Source of the DNA: Aplysia californica
Lineage: Eukaryota
Assembly (NCBI RefSeq): GCF_000002075.1
Contig: NW_004797332.1
Coordinates: 856,621 to 920,620 of the forward strand
Direction: 5' to 3'
Length of the DNA: 64,000 bases
Shown here: positions 38,599 to 53,700 of the stretch, in pieces
How the letters are laid out: each line of letters opens with the position of its first letter
Numbering within the stretch: the first letter of the stretch is position 1
Notes under the pieces: model-generated
Databases searched by the model: none
What the model was told of the DNA's origin: nothing
Seen by the model: the letters and a program-made list of their open reading frames with translations, nothing else
Program-made: the position numbers and the translations under genes

Positions 38599-41500
38599 CG
38601 TGCATCAGTATCTGTGTGGTTGAAAGCCGAGGTTGGAGGAGGGGGGAGGTTGAATTAATCATCAACAAACATGCAGGGCCAGTGGCAATTAATGGGGTTT
38701 TTTTATTTGACATCAATACATATCCTTTCAATTGATACCTTAGAAAAAAAATTAGCATGCAGCCTTTCAAATACTAAGAACACACATGACTCAAACAACA
38801 TATGTACAGATGTTTTAAAGTAGTAAAGTCACCAAAATGCCAGTGGAGAAAAGTGGGCCAAACTGGGGAACACATTCTCCAGTAGGGCAGGACACACAGA
38901 ACCCCTAGACAAGGAACGTGGCCAACTCCATAGACACTAGAAGAGAAGCTGTACAGGCTAACAGATGTATCGAGCAGGATGGCTCAGGATATAATAGATA
39001 GTGTGATGCAATCAAGAAGAAGAAGAAGTTATTCAAATTCATTCATGTCACATTGCAGATGCTTGGAGGATGTCACTGGTACGTCTCACTTCTTTTCTTT
39101 CTTTTAGTTGTATCTGTCTAACTTTTCCCTGCACTAAACGACTGTCACTGTGTCAACAATCCTCTCTTTGTTAAAAAAATCATAACACATTAAAGAAATT
39201 CGAGCACTAATGCTGAAAGCAAGTGGTACACTTACCAACGGTGGATCATTTGTGTCCTTGACCTCAAATTCAAAGGTTTTCTCCAGCTCTAGCCCAGATT
39301 TGTCAATGGCTTTCACTGGAAGAGAAAATTTCTTCTCTTCCTCATAGTTCAATGAGCTTCCCAAGTACACACTGGCAACACATCTGGTTCCCTAAAGACA
39401 AGAAGTGAATTTTATACAAGTCAACAACAGTACAAATGTAATTTTAACATTGAAATCATCATTAACATTTGAGTATCAAAACTGGTGAACTTAACCATGG
39501 TTGAAAACATCATCTGTGGCATTGTTTGCACATGCTGAAGAATTATTTGGTTGAAGCATAAATTCTAAATGTTGAAAAAAACAAGAAAAAAACCAATGTG
39601 ATTACAATTGTAAAAAAATTGACATTGATTTTTTTTTTCTCTCTCCTAAAACATTTTCTGTCCTGGGTGTATTGCATTTAAACAGCTTGCTGATGACACA
39701 CAGCTTTTAACACTTTGTGGTTACTTGGCACAATAATGCAACGGTAAAAATTATCCGTTCCGGTCACCTGGCAAAGTTGTGTACCAGGCTCAAGAAGTCC
39801 GTTGCAGTCACTCAAATGGCAGAGTGACCAGATGGGGTATTTTGTACTGCTGGCTGTGTGATTGCAGAGCGTTACGGTAAGCCAGTTGATAATTGGAGAA
39901 CAACACAATAGGACGTTGTGTATCACATTAAATTTAATTAACAAAAAGCTGACTAAACAACCAACCTTTGTCAGGGTCAAACATCCTGGAGCGTCCACCT
40001 CAACAGCACTCCCCTCTACAATGACTGAAATGTCCTCGTTCGTGTCTGGGTCAAGGATGACCACTTGGCCGATCAAGGATCCCATCTCTGTGTCCTCACT
40101 GATGACAGGATGATCTGTCTCAAAATCTGGGAACTGACTTCCTCTCAGACTCTCCAGAGTCATAGAGTACGGTGGCTCTTCTACATCCACAATCTCAAAC
40201 TCATACGTTGCTTGGCTCTGTTTGAAAAAAGAAAAAATGACAAATATGAATAATTAGCAGATATACTGCACATATACCCACTCAACAGCAATCTCTATGT
40301 GCTTTATAATCATAATTATAAATAATAATAAATAGTAGATATATTGCACTTATACCCGCTCAACAGCAAGCCCTATGTACTTTACAGTGCAAACAGCCGA
40401 TTAGGCAAACAAATACTAACAAACTGACAAGATCTTTCACTGTTTATAGCAGGGTACTCATTCCCACCTAGGTTGTTGTTGTTGTTGTTAGCGGTCCAGT
40501 AGCATCTGAGCATTTACTCTTCTGTATGATGCCATTCGGTAATAGTTGCCTGTCTGTTCTAATTGTCCCCACCTAGGTGAAGTGTGGAAAATTCATGTAA
40601 AGTACTTTTCCAAAGGACACAACATCGGAACTCAAACCCACAAACCCTGATTGTGATCCCAGCACTAGACCACCTACGCCACATGTTATAACACAAAAAG
40701 TTTGAAGGAAGCACTGAAATTTAAGAAATTAGTTGATAGATAACTAGAGCATCCAGAAACATTATTGGCTTCCTGATCTACACCACAAGCTGAAAGTTCC
40801 ATGCACTCAAACACTAACAAACTGACAAGATCTTTCACTATCAACTTTAAGGTTGACTCACAGATTTCGGCGGTGTCCCTGAGTCTGTCACAATGATCTC
40901 CACAGACACGGAGGAACCCTCCTCATAGTCCACAGGGCCAATCACAATGAGTCTGTCCCCATCAAAGCTAAAGATGTCGGAGCCTGAAAGAGAACAACAA
41001 ACATGAAATTATCAGAGACCCAAAATTGTTATGATTAAAAATCCTTTTTCAAAGCCCTAAATGAACTCTAGAACACTATATCATGCATGGCTTATCATCT
41101 CAGTAAGTATAGGTGAGGCAGCGTGGTGGAATCAGGCGCTTGTCAAAATAATGATAGTGAAGAAACTGGCATTTTCCCGCAGGTTTTGGAACTTTTATCC
41201 CATCTTTTGGTTTTGGCTCAAAAATGTTTCAAACCCATTAAAGAACACATTTCTGTATTGATGTTTTACTGAAAAATGTTGATTTAAGGCCTAAAATATG
41301 TAAATTTTTAATTACAACGAACTCTCAAGCAAAGGAAGTAACGCTACTTTGGCGCCATTTTTTCACAAATTTTTCTTTGAATCTAGGTGACCCCAATTTC
41401 CTTCAATCGCTAATATCTCGACTTCTATTCAAGATAAACGGATATTTTTTACGCCAAATGCAAGGGAAATGAACCACCTTTCAGATAATACCAATAACTC

Positions 41501-44500
41501 CATATACTCAAAAACTGACGAGTGCTTGATTCCACCACGCCGTGCCACATATATTACTTTAATAGAGAAGCCTCAATAAAAAATAATATTGGTATTAACA
41601 GTAGACTATAGTAGAAGTGTAGGGCTTCATTTTCTTGTTACTTTTTTTATTTTTTACATCAATACCTCTTAGATTTTTTCCATTTCTGTCTTCTGAAGTT
41701 CCTTCCCTTTAAAACCATACCATTCTCCCCCCCTTCCTCCAGGTTCATCAAGCAAACAAAGTTAAGTTACTCAGTGTTGGCAATCACAGGTCATTGCCAT
41801 TCTGAAGAAGATATTTTATTCTAGAGATCTTCATTCCAGAACTGAAAAATAAGATGGTGAAATACCTTCATCTCCGACTGAGAAAGTCAGACTTTGATCT
41901 TGATCTTCATCCACAGCAAAAACTCTGGTAACTACTTCTCCGTTGTTGATGTCTTCCTTTATCTGTGTCACATCGATAGCTTTCAAAACAGGCCTGTCAT
42001 TTTCGTCTGTGACCTTCACCTGGAGTGTGAAGGTCGCTGTTTGCTGCGAAGCTCCAGAATCTGCCACAAAGATTTGAATCTCGTGAACAGACTCTGACTC
42101 AAAGTCAAGGCCACACCAGGTCTCAGAACACTCAGCACCACGAGCACTAAGCTGGGGAAGGCAATAGATTTCTTGACTTCAAGAGAGTTATTGTGAATTT
42201 CATACTCACATTAGTGCAATTATGTAAGGGTAAATCATGGGGTGGGGGAAGGTGGGATCAAACAGTGAGTTAAAAAAGAGAAAAGACAGAGGGAACCCAA
42301 AAATATTTCCACAATTCACAATGGCATAATGGTTGATTTGTTCTTTCTGAGGTCATCAGCACATTGGTGCACTAAATCATAAAGCATAAACTCTATGTAA
42401 ACATTTCTCTGGTTAAGCCTTGATAGAACTTCTAATGGAACAACAATAATCAAAAATATTTCAAACAATAAGAACTTAAAAATGTATCATTCTATTAGAC
42501 CCTCCTCTGCTTGGCAAGCATATATTCATATTATACTAAACAGATAATAAGTTAGATTCTATTGTAAAGACAAAATTCTTTTATAAATCAAATTCACTCA
42601 TAAGGAGGGATTGTAAGCTGTTGTTTCCCATTTTAAATAAATGGATTTTACAAATATCTCTGATGTCTCCTAATGCTATCCCTCCCCCTTTATTGGCTCG
42701 CAAGATAGTAATAAAAATACCCAACCTCTCTACTGAAGGAAAAGTATACAAAAACATCTACATTATGAATTACATGTGCAATATTGCTGTAATACATACT
42801 GCAACCAATGTCTTCTTTCAATCCTTCTTTCTTCATTACAATAGAACCTGTGTAAGACGGCCACCCATTGTCAAGGAGAAAAGTGGCCGTATAAGACAGG
42901 TGGCCATCTTAAGCAGGACTGATCATAATGAAGAAAACAAACCATTCCTTTCGGAGGTTCCAACCGAAGGTGGCCGCATTGTGGTTGTTGTTGTTATTAT
43001 GTTGTTGTTGTTTTCACTGGGTGGGGTCTTTTTTTTTTCTTCTGTTGATACTTTTGTGCGAGGGTGACAATACAACGAAAAGTGTCTTACAAGGAGGACC
43101 GAGTGCTATGGTAAAACAAACACATGGGTCACCACCATTCGGAGAACGAGCGATGCTTCTGTCACAAGTTCATGTTGACGTCTATATATAGTTACTTACT
43201 AGGTAAACAGTGACCACTCATCTCACTTACGATTTGTGTATGAGTTCTGGGCGGGGCTTATGGGTTATGAGGGATCACACACTTACCTAACCAGCAGCAG
43301 GAAATTTGTTACCTATAGGTCAACAGTGGGAGGGGCTTATGCAACATGATCGGTAGGAGGGACTACTTAACAACAACGACAGGTGATTGGATTATGACGG
43401 CTCGCCCACAACACCAGGGGACAATGCACAATTTATGACAAAATGTAATGGAGTCACTACGATGGCCGTCTAAGACAGGGGTTATTGCTTGGTGTGATAG
43501 GGGTTGTGAGTTAAAATATGGTGGCTGCGGCCGCATTGGACAGGTGCAGGGGGGGGGGGGCGAATGGAAAGTGGCCGTTTGTACGGGTGGCCATCTCATA
43601 GAGGTGGCCATCAGGGCAGGTTCGACCGTATTTTTATATAGCACAAAGTGCCCCATCCCCACCCCCCATCTTTGAAATTTACTTACTTATACCTAGATGG
43701 GTCGCTGATGCTTCCCAGATGCATACTGAACTTACCCAAACACAAAAGACAAACTCTCTGAATCTGACACAGTTATAAATATTCCACACATTTGAACAGA
43801 TATCATAATAGACAAGAGGTACAAATAAAAAGAGCAGACCTTGAGAGTATCCTTCTCGAGGAAAAATCTTCCTTCAGCATCATCCAGTAATATGAAAGAA
43901 AATGTCTGACGCGAGGCTGAGTCACGGGGCAGGTCCTTGTTGTCTGGGTCATCACAGATCAGCTGACCAATCACAGTGGACTGAGGACTTCCTTCTGGAA
44001 TCTTTGGGTTGGGGACACCGAAAACACAAAGTTATGATTTTATCATCAGGATCTCTTCGCCTCAGAACTATATTGTTCAAAGTGCACTCTATGGCAAAAT
44101 GGTGTTGAGAAAATTTGCAGAGAGAAAAAAAGCAGCAATAGTTCATGAAAGGGGTAATGTGTATGCATGAGTTTGTTTAACTATGTGGGAGTGAGAATTT
44201 ATGAGAGCTTATTCATGATAAAAATTGTGTGTTTGAGTCTGTTATTGTATGTGTGAGAGTTAAGCGTAAACATTAGGAATTCTTCCATCAACACCTCTGC
44301 AAAAAAAGAGGAACAACAACAATTCATTAGGAAAATAGTTTGCTTACTGTGTGTAGGGAGACAGGCTGATACAGTTTAAAGTACAAAATTATTTCTCGCA
44401 TAACTAATCAAAACTAGTTCTATGAAAGAATATAGCCTCTCGTTCAGTAAATCTCATACCTTGTTCTCTGACAGTTTTAGTGCAGTTGGCTGCTCGTTGA

Positions 44501-47500
44501 CATTGACGACGACTCCAGAGAAAACTTTGTTGAAGCTGTTCTGTGTGGAATCACTCACATCGACAGAAATATTAAATGTGCTTTCAGTCTCAAAGTCAAT
44601 TTGGGCATCTGAAAAACATTTTAAAATATAATAAACAGATGTGAGTCCGGTGACTATAACCTGTAAGCAAGCTTACGCTGCAGAAGCAGGAAGGAAATCT
44701 ATGCAGAGGCCTTTATAAGTTAAACTATACTCTATTGCTGATGGACCAAGACCAGCTAAAGCATCATATCACTACTAAAGGGCAAATATGTAACATATCA
44801 AAAGATGAAAAGATACAAACTCTGAGGCGTATCCTTTAAAAACCTAACAATGAACATTACAAACTCTAAGACCATGAGTTCTGCTCCAATATGTAAGCTC
44901 TGTGAAGTTTAGCATTCCGATCTAGGAAATAAATAGCAATATTATATGTGTTCCTAATCCTTTACGGCCACCAGTAATGAACTGATATGATAAAGATGAG
45001 ATGAAAAAGAAAAAAAATATATCAATAGGGTTCATCATGATTAATACGGAAACAGAAACAAAACTTGACCATTAGTATTTTTGAAGTAACATAAACAGTT
45101 GAACCTGCTCTAACAGCCACCTGTAAAAGAAAATCACTTATATATATAATTCAATACCAGTTCTCACTTCTTCACATGCTTTTTTAAAATATCATGACAG
45201 TCCAAGACATCCACCTGTCTCAGACAACTGCTTTTATCTTCAACGGTAGATGGCCGTCTCCAATAATTTTGACAGTACATAACTGATCTATAGTAGACAG
45301 ACCTTTAGTGACAGACAGCTGACCCGAGCTGGACAAAGCAAAGGCTCCCGCTGCAGCATCCACCAGCTGGAAGGTGTGAGTGTCCTCGGCGTCTTCATCC
45401 ACCACTGTGAACTTGCCCAGGACAACATCCTGACTGTTCTCAGGGACTGAGATGACGTTTTTACTGAACACAATGTCCTGTGGAAGATAAAAAATAGATA
45501 AAGGTTCTACTTCATCACTACCTTAGAATTACAAAGTTCTATTTCACATTGTTGGCTGCTTTGAGTTACAGAGACCATCAGGCCAGAAACCAAATACTTC
45601 AAACTTTCTATCAAAATCATAAGATTATTATAAGTTGTTATCAATATGTTCTAAAAATAGCATTTGAAAAGCTTGAATTATGAAACTCAATATGTTTTTC
45701 TTTGAATTTTTCTGAACTAGGTAGGCCTACTGAGCAGACAACTTTGTAATATTCTTGAGGCGCGACATGTCTAACATACTGTAACACTGAAACATTTATA
45801 ATATTTGTTACGTTTGAATGCAACAAAAATTCAATGCTTTTTGTCAAATGTTTTAAGCAGTGGAAACTGTGACACAATAGTTAGCACAAGAAAATGTGTT
45901 CTGAACATAGAGTGTCTTGCATTTTAAAGTTTCCACCAATAAGTAACAAGCAAAGACAATCTTACGGTTGGAGCTTCTCCGACATCAGCCACTTCCACCA
46001 CAAGAGTCTTTGAAGCCTGCAGGTTGTCACTATCTATAGCCACAAGGATGATGGTGTACTTGTTTTGGTTCTCAAAGTTCAATGGTTGAGAAACTACAAG
46101 ATTTGTAGAACACACAACCTTCCCATTCTGAGGAGACAGAAAGCATATACATCATTTTTAAGTCATCACATTCCTTTTCAAAATCTTAAGCTACTCAAGA
46201 GGTTGAATACCCAAAGTAAAGTTTCCCCTGCCTTCTGACATCATATCATTGGCCAACTGTTGAGAAGCACTAAGCTCAAAATTAACGCCAAAAAATGTTT
46301 CGCAACTTTTTATTCTGTTGTATAAGTTGCATGTTCTCAAGAAATAACTGTTGAAATTCAAATTCTAAAAGACAAAAAAATATATAACGTAAGTAGAATA
46401 TATAAAAGAATAAAAGTTTTTTCTCTCGTAAAAAAATCTGCTTTCTAAAAATAGACCAGTTAAACAGCTTGACGACAAAATGGCGAAATCCTGAAAACTC
46501 TAGAAATAAACTAAATGGGAAAACAGAACCAAACCGACTTGAAGGAGGAAACAATCTGAACTTACACTCTGCTCACACTCAGGACTCTCTGACACTGCAA
46601 AAGTCCCACCTCCATTAACCAAAAGAGAGAATGTCACAGTCTGATCCAAATCACTGTCTTCAGCCTCCACTCTAGCGATGACTTCATCCACGGCAACATC
46701 TTCTTTTATGCTCAAGGTCGTCTCTTCCACTTGAACCGTGTCCCCCTGAGCTGTGGCCTTGAGGTTCTGAGGAGCTTCACTCACACCTGTGATACTGATG
46801 TAGAAGGTTCCCTCAGCCTGGAAATGGATAATGCTCATGATGCAGACAATCTGTAACAGACTTTATGTCATGTTATGTGTCATATATACAACAAGTATAT
46901 CAAAAAAAGTTAGCACAATAATGACAATAACAATACAGATAATTTCTATAGCCCCAATACAAAACAGTTCAAGGCACTTTATAATACTTCAATTTACAGT
47001 ACCAAAGAGGGCATTATCACATTACTTCAAATACATGTATTGTATATTTTGACTTGAGCATACTCTAAAATTGCTGCATATAAAGCTTTCACAACGAAAT
47101 AAAAGTAGACAGGTGGTTTGAGCCTTCTTTTGCACATTCTATATCTAGAAATGCAAGTACATTTTAAAAAAACAGATTACAGTAAATTCTTTTGTAAGAG
47201 CAAACTTTTTTTTATTGGAAGTGGATTTGACACACCTTGAAAAAACTGAAAACATACAAACATTACATTAACAGGCCTTTAGATGAAATCTTCAGGGATA
47301 GAAAAAGAAAGGAAAGCCTAAAGGTACTTGGAGGAGGGCCTTAGATTCAGACCGAAAGGAGACGGGACAGCTGGATGGAGGTGGAGGCAACAGCCCAGGA
47401 CAGAAGTACATGGAGAGATCTTGTTGGTGGCCTATACTCTGCTACAAGGTGAGAAAGGCTGATGATAACGAATCATTTTGGGAAATATTGCTTCAGAATG

Positions 47501-50500
47501 TACAGGGCATAAACAGAGAAGAAAATTAATTGCTGGAACTTACACTTCTCGACGGTTCCCCATCATCGGTGACAAGAACGGTGACAACGTAAATCTTGCT
47601 GATATCCAATCTATCATCAGTGGCTTTCACCAGAGTATCTCCATTGTCAATTCGGAATGCCCCCTCACTGTCATCAAAAATGCTGAAAGTGTGAGACTGT
47701 CCTGCGTCCTCATCCTGCACCGACAAACGTCCAATATTTGTTCCAGCAGGTGCTAGTTCTTCAACTTCATCACCTGTANNNNNNNNNNNNNNNNNNNNNN
47801 NNNNNNNNNNNNNNNNNNNNNNNNNNNNNNNNNNNNNNNNNNNNNNNNNNNNNNNNNNNNNNNNNNNNNNNNNNNNNNNNNNNNNNNNNNNNNNNNNNNN
47901 NNNNNNNNNNNNNNNNNNATTTCTATAGTGCCCACTCCCATACAATACAGCTCTTTAATTTTCATATTCTTTGAACACAACCTTGATATGATAATGTCAA
48001 ATGCATTTTATATAGAAGTCCCAATGAGCATTGTTGAGGACTTTTTGATATCTTAAAAGCTATTTTGCTGCATACAACAATCTTCGATGATACATTATCA
48101 TCTCCTGGATAGAACAGTAGCAAGTCACAGATGTCCCACCCCCTTCCAGCAGATGAACACAATTTATAGTTAGGTGCAGGGAGAAAACACAATGTAGAAG
48201 TTACCATTGGCCATGATACTGAATTTTGGAATCAAAATATTCACATAAATGCTGGCAAGTGCTTATGAGTACATTGAATTTATCACTGCCTAAAGTTACC
48301 TAAGCCAAGGAACAAAAGACAAAATTTTAATAACTGTCACAACCATTCATTTCTAAGTATACCCAAAAGAAGACCTTACCACTCAATTTAATGTCATGTG
48401 GAAGATCATTTTCGTCTGTTACACTGATCTCCAGGTCAAAGGTTGCACTGCCAGGAGGTAAACCATTATCTTTGACAAGGACTTTGATTTGATGGGAACT
48501 TTGAGTTTCATAGTCCAGAGAACAAGAGCTTTGGTCATCACTCGAGCACTGGGAAGGGGACACAACCTGGTCAGACAAAAAAGTCAGATTATCTATCATT
48601 GTCAATCAATGAAGTAGTCTGGCAAACCGGAACTAAAACAAGACTCAAACTTGGAAGAGATGGACTGAATTAAAAATCTTTAAACAGGCTGCTAATGAGT
48701 AATACAGACAATGAGACTTTGCTGCAGTCAAAAAATTTGACTTACATGTTGATTAATATATTATTATTTGTGAGGCTTCTAGGTGAAATCAGGTGCTCGT
48801 CAAAATATTAAAATCAAAACAATCAGCATTTCTCGGCCAGTTTGGACATTTTTTCTAATTTTTTTTTTTTGACTCAACATCTTGTATGTCAGTTCAAAAG
48901 CACTTTTATGTGTGGATTTTATTAGGGGCACAACAAAATTTAATTTGCCGTTTCCAAAGACTCTTAAGCTATGGAAGTCACCAAACTTTGACGGCCATTT
49001 TCTCACTAATTTTTATTCTGAAACCAGGCGACCCCCACCTCCTTCATCGCAAAAATCGTGACTTTCATTTCAGATAAATGGACATTTATTTCCTCGAAGG
49101 CAGGGGGCAAATAAATAGCCTTTAAGATGATACCAATAACTCCACAAGCCCGAAAATTGATGAGCGCCTGATTCCGCTACGTCTTGACACATTTATCTAT
49201 TACATCTGATTGGGAATAAAACGTTGTCGATAAATATCAAAATTAAATAACTTACGCACCACAGCTTTCAACGTTGATGTCATACGACAAGCAATCTGCA
49301 CCCAGCATTCCATACAAAATATGTAATGATCATTTTCATGTACAACTGATGGCTTCTATAATTATGTCCTGACAGATTTTCAGTTTACTATATGCTACAA
49401 ATATATCATTCAGAATAAAAACACGACATCAAAGAACTGCAGTCATTAGAAAGCATTGAACACTATCATTAAAATTTGCACACTAAAAATCAGATAGAAT
49501 TTTTTTTTAAAGCAGCTAGTAGAGAGTCTAAAACAATTTTGTAAGACAAAAAAATTACAAAAGTGCCATAGTTACCATGAGCTTATCTCCCTGGATCTTA
49601 AATTTCCCATTAGCGTCATCAAGCAGTGTGAATTCAAAGTCTTCAGTACTATCAGAATCTGTTGCTGTGAAGAATCCCACAACTGTGCTGTCTACACTGT
49701 TTTCAGGAACCTGATGGGGTGAACAGATTAGATAATTTCAAAGATATCGGTACATAAAAGGCTGGAAACTGCTGTCTGCTCTTCCCAGAATCTACACCAT
49801 ATGTGCCATCAAACATATTATTGTTGGGGTTTTTTTCACGCGATTGTTGAACAGGTGATTGTCTTGGACAGACGGCTGCTTCAGGTTTATAGATACAAAC
49901 AGATCATTTTGAAGAATTTCTTGGCCATGTGGTAAAGTAAAGAAGAAAAAAGAAAGAAATATGCATTTTCAATTAGGCATAGACACCACAACACTTTGGG
50001 AGCAATAAGTTGAGGGAAAAAAGAAAAACTAATTCACTTTAAGAATTGCAGCAAAGAAAAAGGAATGGCTTCAGCCGTCTCTTTTTGATGGTTCTGATTA
50101 TAAATCTTGCACAATCTACAATTTGGAGCACTTCTCTATTTGTTTTTCTGTCTGACCATGAGATTCTGAGTTTTCTCCATAAATACCACATTTCAGCAGC
50201 TTCCAGTTATCTTTCCAATATACAAAACACCTTTATTCAACACCCTGAAGCATGACAGGAAACACCATACCTCAGTTTGTGACAAAAGCAGCTCTGTAGG
50301 TGGCTCATTCACATTCCGCACAAGCACCGTGACAGTTTTCTGAATACTGTAGGATGGAGTTCCATTATCCCAAGCTTCCAGGACAAGATCAACACTGGGG
50401 CTGCTTTCATAGTCAAGGGCTTTTGATACCTGAGAGGGAGAGAGACATGAAGATTAGCAATCTGTGGACACTGTAGGCCTACTTATGAACTTATTACAGG

Positions 50501-50693
50501 AAAGATTTTAAAGAGAATTCAAATGTGAGATTCTTCAAATTAATGTCTGCATGATATTAACTTTTTTACTATTTCGGTTAAAAGAAAATGCCTCTAGTAT
50601 CTGCTCTAAGCTACACATACTTTTAAATTACATGAACAATCTAAAGTGTGTAAGACACTGAACAAAATGGGAGTATGGAAGGAAAAAATAAGA

Positions 50694-50767
<74 letters not shown>

Positions 50768-53700
50768 AGCCATTCCACACACATGCATTTATGGCTGCAC
50801 TATGTTTTAAGACATATCTCCCCTTCAATTAATTGTCTTTTTACTCAGTTGTAGTTTTAGTAACCGTTTTACTGTATGTGTAAATCAAACAGGTCAGACA
50901 AAATGCTGACGATAAGAGGTTTAACTACATAGTAACATACAAACAAAAGAAGGAAGAGAGATAGGGGATAGATGTTTGATAGGTATAAAGGAGCAAACCA
51001 CACCAGAAAAAATATCTCTCTCAGCCTTGGTTGACCCTGTTTGTCATGTGTGTACTTCAATAGCTTGGACTTAACTGACCAACTATGTTATAACGCCTCA
51101 AGGCCGTAACGTGACCTTCTTGATAAAAAAGGATAACTTGCGTTACTACTCATTCTCACAGAGGTCTTGTGTTTGTTTGTGAGCACGTTTTATAATTATT
51201 CGTCAAGCTATAAGCATAGCCAAGAACGTAACACTATTGAAGCCCATCCTCTAAATGATATAAATTGCGTTGATGGGGGCTTAAAAGCAACTACATTTTT
51301 TTTTTTTAAACATTGGCTAAAACAAAAAAAGGCCCTGACTCACAGACAAGCGACTGTTGACCAGTTCAAAGCTGTCCCCAGGCTGCTCCAGAATCTTGAA
51401 GGAGTGAGTCTGTCCTGCATCCTGGTCCACAGCCGTGAGCAGACTAAGGGAGGCCACCGCGCCCTCCTCTACCTCCAGCTGGCGCTGACTCAAGCCATCC
51501 AGGAGAATATCCTAAACTCAGAGAAACAAAAATTTGGAATACAGATTCCGTCTGTCCAAGACAATCACCTGTTCAACAATCACATGTACAAATAGCCACT
51601 TCCTACTCTCCCCCTCCCCCTCCCCACCACCCACCCCTTCCAATGTGTTTTTCATTAATAATAAAGACACTGTCAAATACATAAGCCTGTCTAAGACAAC
51701 CACTTTCCTCCTCAACAGTGGTTGGCTGCCTTGAACAATTTCGAGTGGGTTTTTTGGGGGGGTATCCATTGTTGCCCCCTTTGTTAAAGGGTGGGATCGG
51801 GTGGGATCAATCAGCATGTCCTTTCTAACTGTTGCTTGGAAATTCAGAAGACAACTGAGAGTTAAATGAAAGAAAACATCAGTGTTGTGAGAAGTATCAA
51901 CTAAAGAAGAAAAAGAATGAGGAGGAAGAGAAGGAAGAGAAAAAGAATAAGAGGCGTAGGAGGATGGCAACAGTAACTGCAATGATGATGACAAAATGCA
52001 GATGACAATCGTAATGAAAAGCTTATATTTCAGATCTTACCTGTGGTGCATCGTTGACGTCTTCCACCTCGATGTCGATGTAAGTGGTGACCTCTGAACC
52101 CTTCCTGTCCACCATTTTGAGGCCAACAGAGTACTTAGATCGCTCCTCATAGTCCAACAGAGCACCCGTGGTCAGCTTGGCAGTAACTGCAGTGCCACCT
52201 CCTTCCTGAAAAGTAATNNNNNNNNNNNNNNNNNNNNNNNNNNNNNNNNNNNNNNNNNNNNNNNNNNNNNNNNNNNNNNNNNNNNNNNNNNNNNNNNNNN
52301 NNNNNNNNNNNNNNNNNNNNNNNNNNNNNNNNNNNNNNNNNNNNNNNNNNNNNNNNNNNNNNNNNNNNNNNNNNNNNTATATGTAATAATAATAATAATA
52401 AAATGATATTTAATAGTTCACCCGTCAATGTCTGAAGATGACCAAAGTCTTCGTAGAGGAGAGTTTTACAACACTTGCAACACAATAAGCTCATGTAAGT
52501 GCCGAAGATCAGAGGTGTTAGGCAGATTTATCAATGTCATGCTCATACTGTGCTGTAACAACATTGGGGAACTGATGCTTTTTCTTTCCTCATCTGTACT
52601 ATCATCATTTTTCAATTTTTACTCTACTTATTTTGTATGTTTGTCACTCTCATGAACTGGTATTTCCAGGGTGCCTCAATAGTCGAAGCAGACTTTGTGC
52701 TATTGAGGCTAGAGAGGTGAGCAGAGTAAGTCTGATTCCCTGTTTGGACTTCTCTGTTGACTTCCACCCCTTAGCGCTCATAAGACCTTAAGCAGTTGCG
52801 AGCACTGTAAAACCTTACTAAAACTAAAACAAGAGGTGTTAGGAGAAAGTAACCCACACAAAAAAAGAAAAAGAGGAGATCAGGACAAGCAAGCAGAACC
52901 ACCCTCACAGAAAAAGAGCAACTTTGCCTCTTGCATGTTTGCTTCCAGCACATTATGTAAGAGTACCCAATACTCACCATAGGCTCAGTCTCAATATCTT
53001 TGATGACAAAAACATCCTCAAAGTCAGTCACAGTTATCTCCATCGAGTCCTTGTTGTCAGGGTCCATAAAGCTAAGAATCTCCACGTTTGATCCAATTAA
53101 GGTATTTTCCGCCACGGATAAAGCATTAGGGCCCACAAACATTGGGGGCTCGTTTAGGTTGACAACATCAATCTCTAATGTTGTGGAAACCTGGGAAAAA
53201 AATTAAGATTTTTTTTTTAAATAAGAGTTTTACGGCACTTGCAACATAATAAGGTCATATGAGTGCTGAAGATTAGAGGTGTTACAAGAGAGTAACAAAC
53301 ACAAAAAAAGAAGGAAGAGAGATCAGGATGATAGATGTTTGATAGGAAAGAATGAGCAACCAAAACCAGAGCACCCGCCAACCACCCACAAAANNNNNNN
53401 NNNNNNNNNNNNNNNNNNNNNNNNNNNNNNNNNNNNNNNNNNNNNNNNNNNNNNNNNNNNNNNNNNNNNNNNNNNNNNNNNNNNNNNNNNNNNNNNNNNN
53501 NNNNNNNNNNNNNNNNNNNNNNNNNNNNNNNNNNNNNNNNNNNNNNNNNNNNNNNNNNTGCTTTATACACTTTAGAATAGTGTAAAGAACACAAACAATG
53601 GTAATAACAGAGAGGCTCAAGAAGCAACATTCAACTATTGGAAAAAAAGCTATGAAAAAGAAGAAAACTATCACTTAATCTATCAGTCAACATGAAAAGA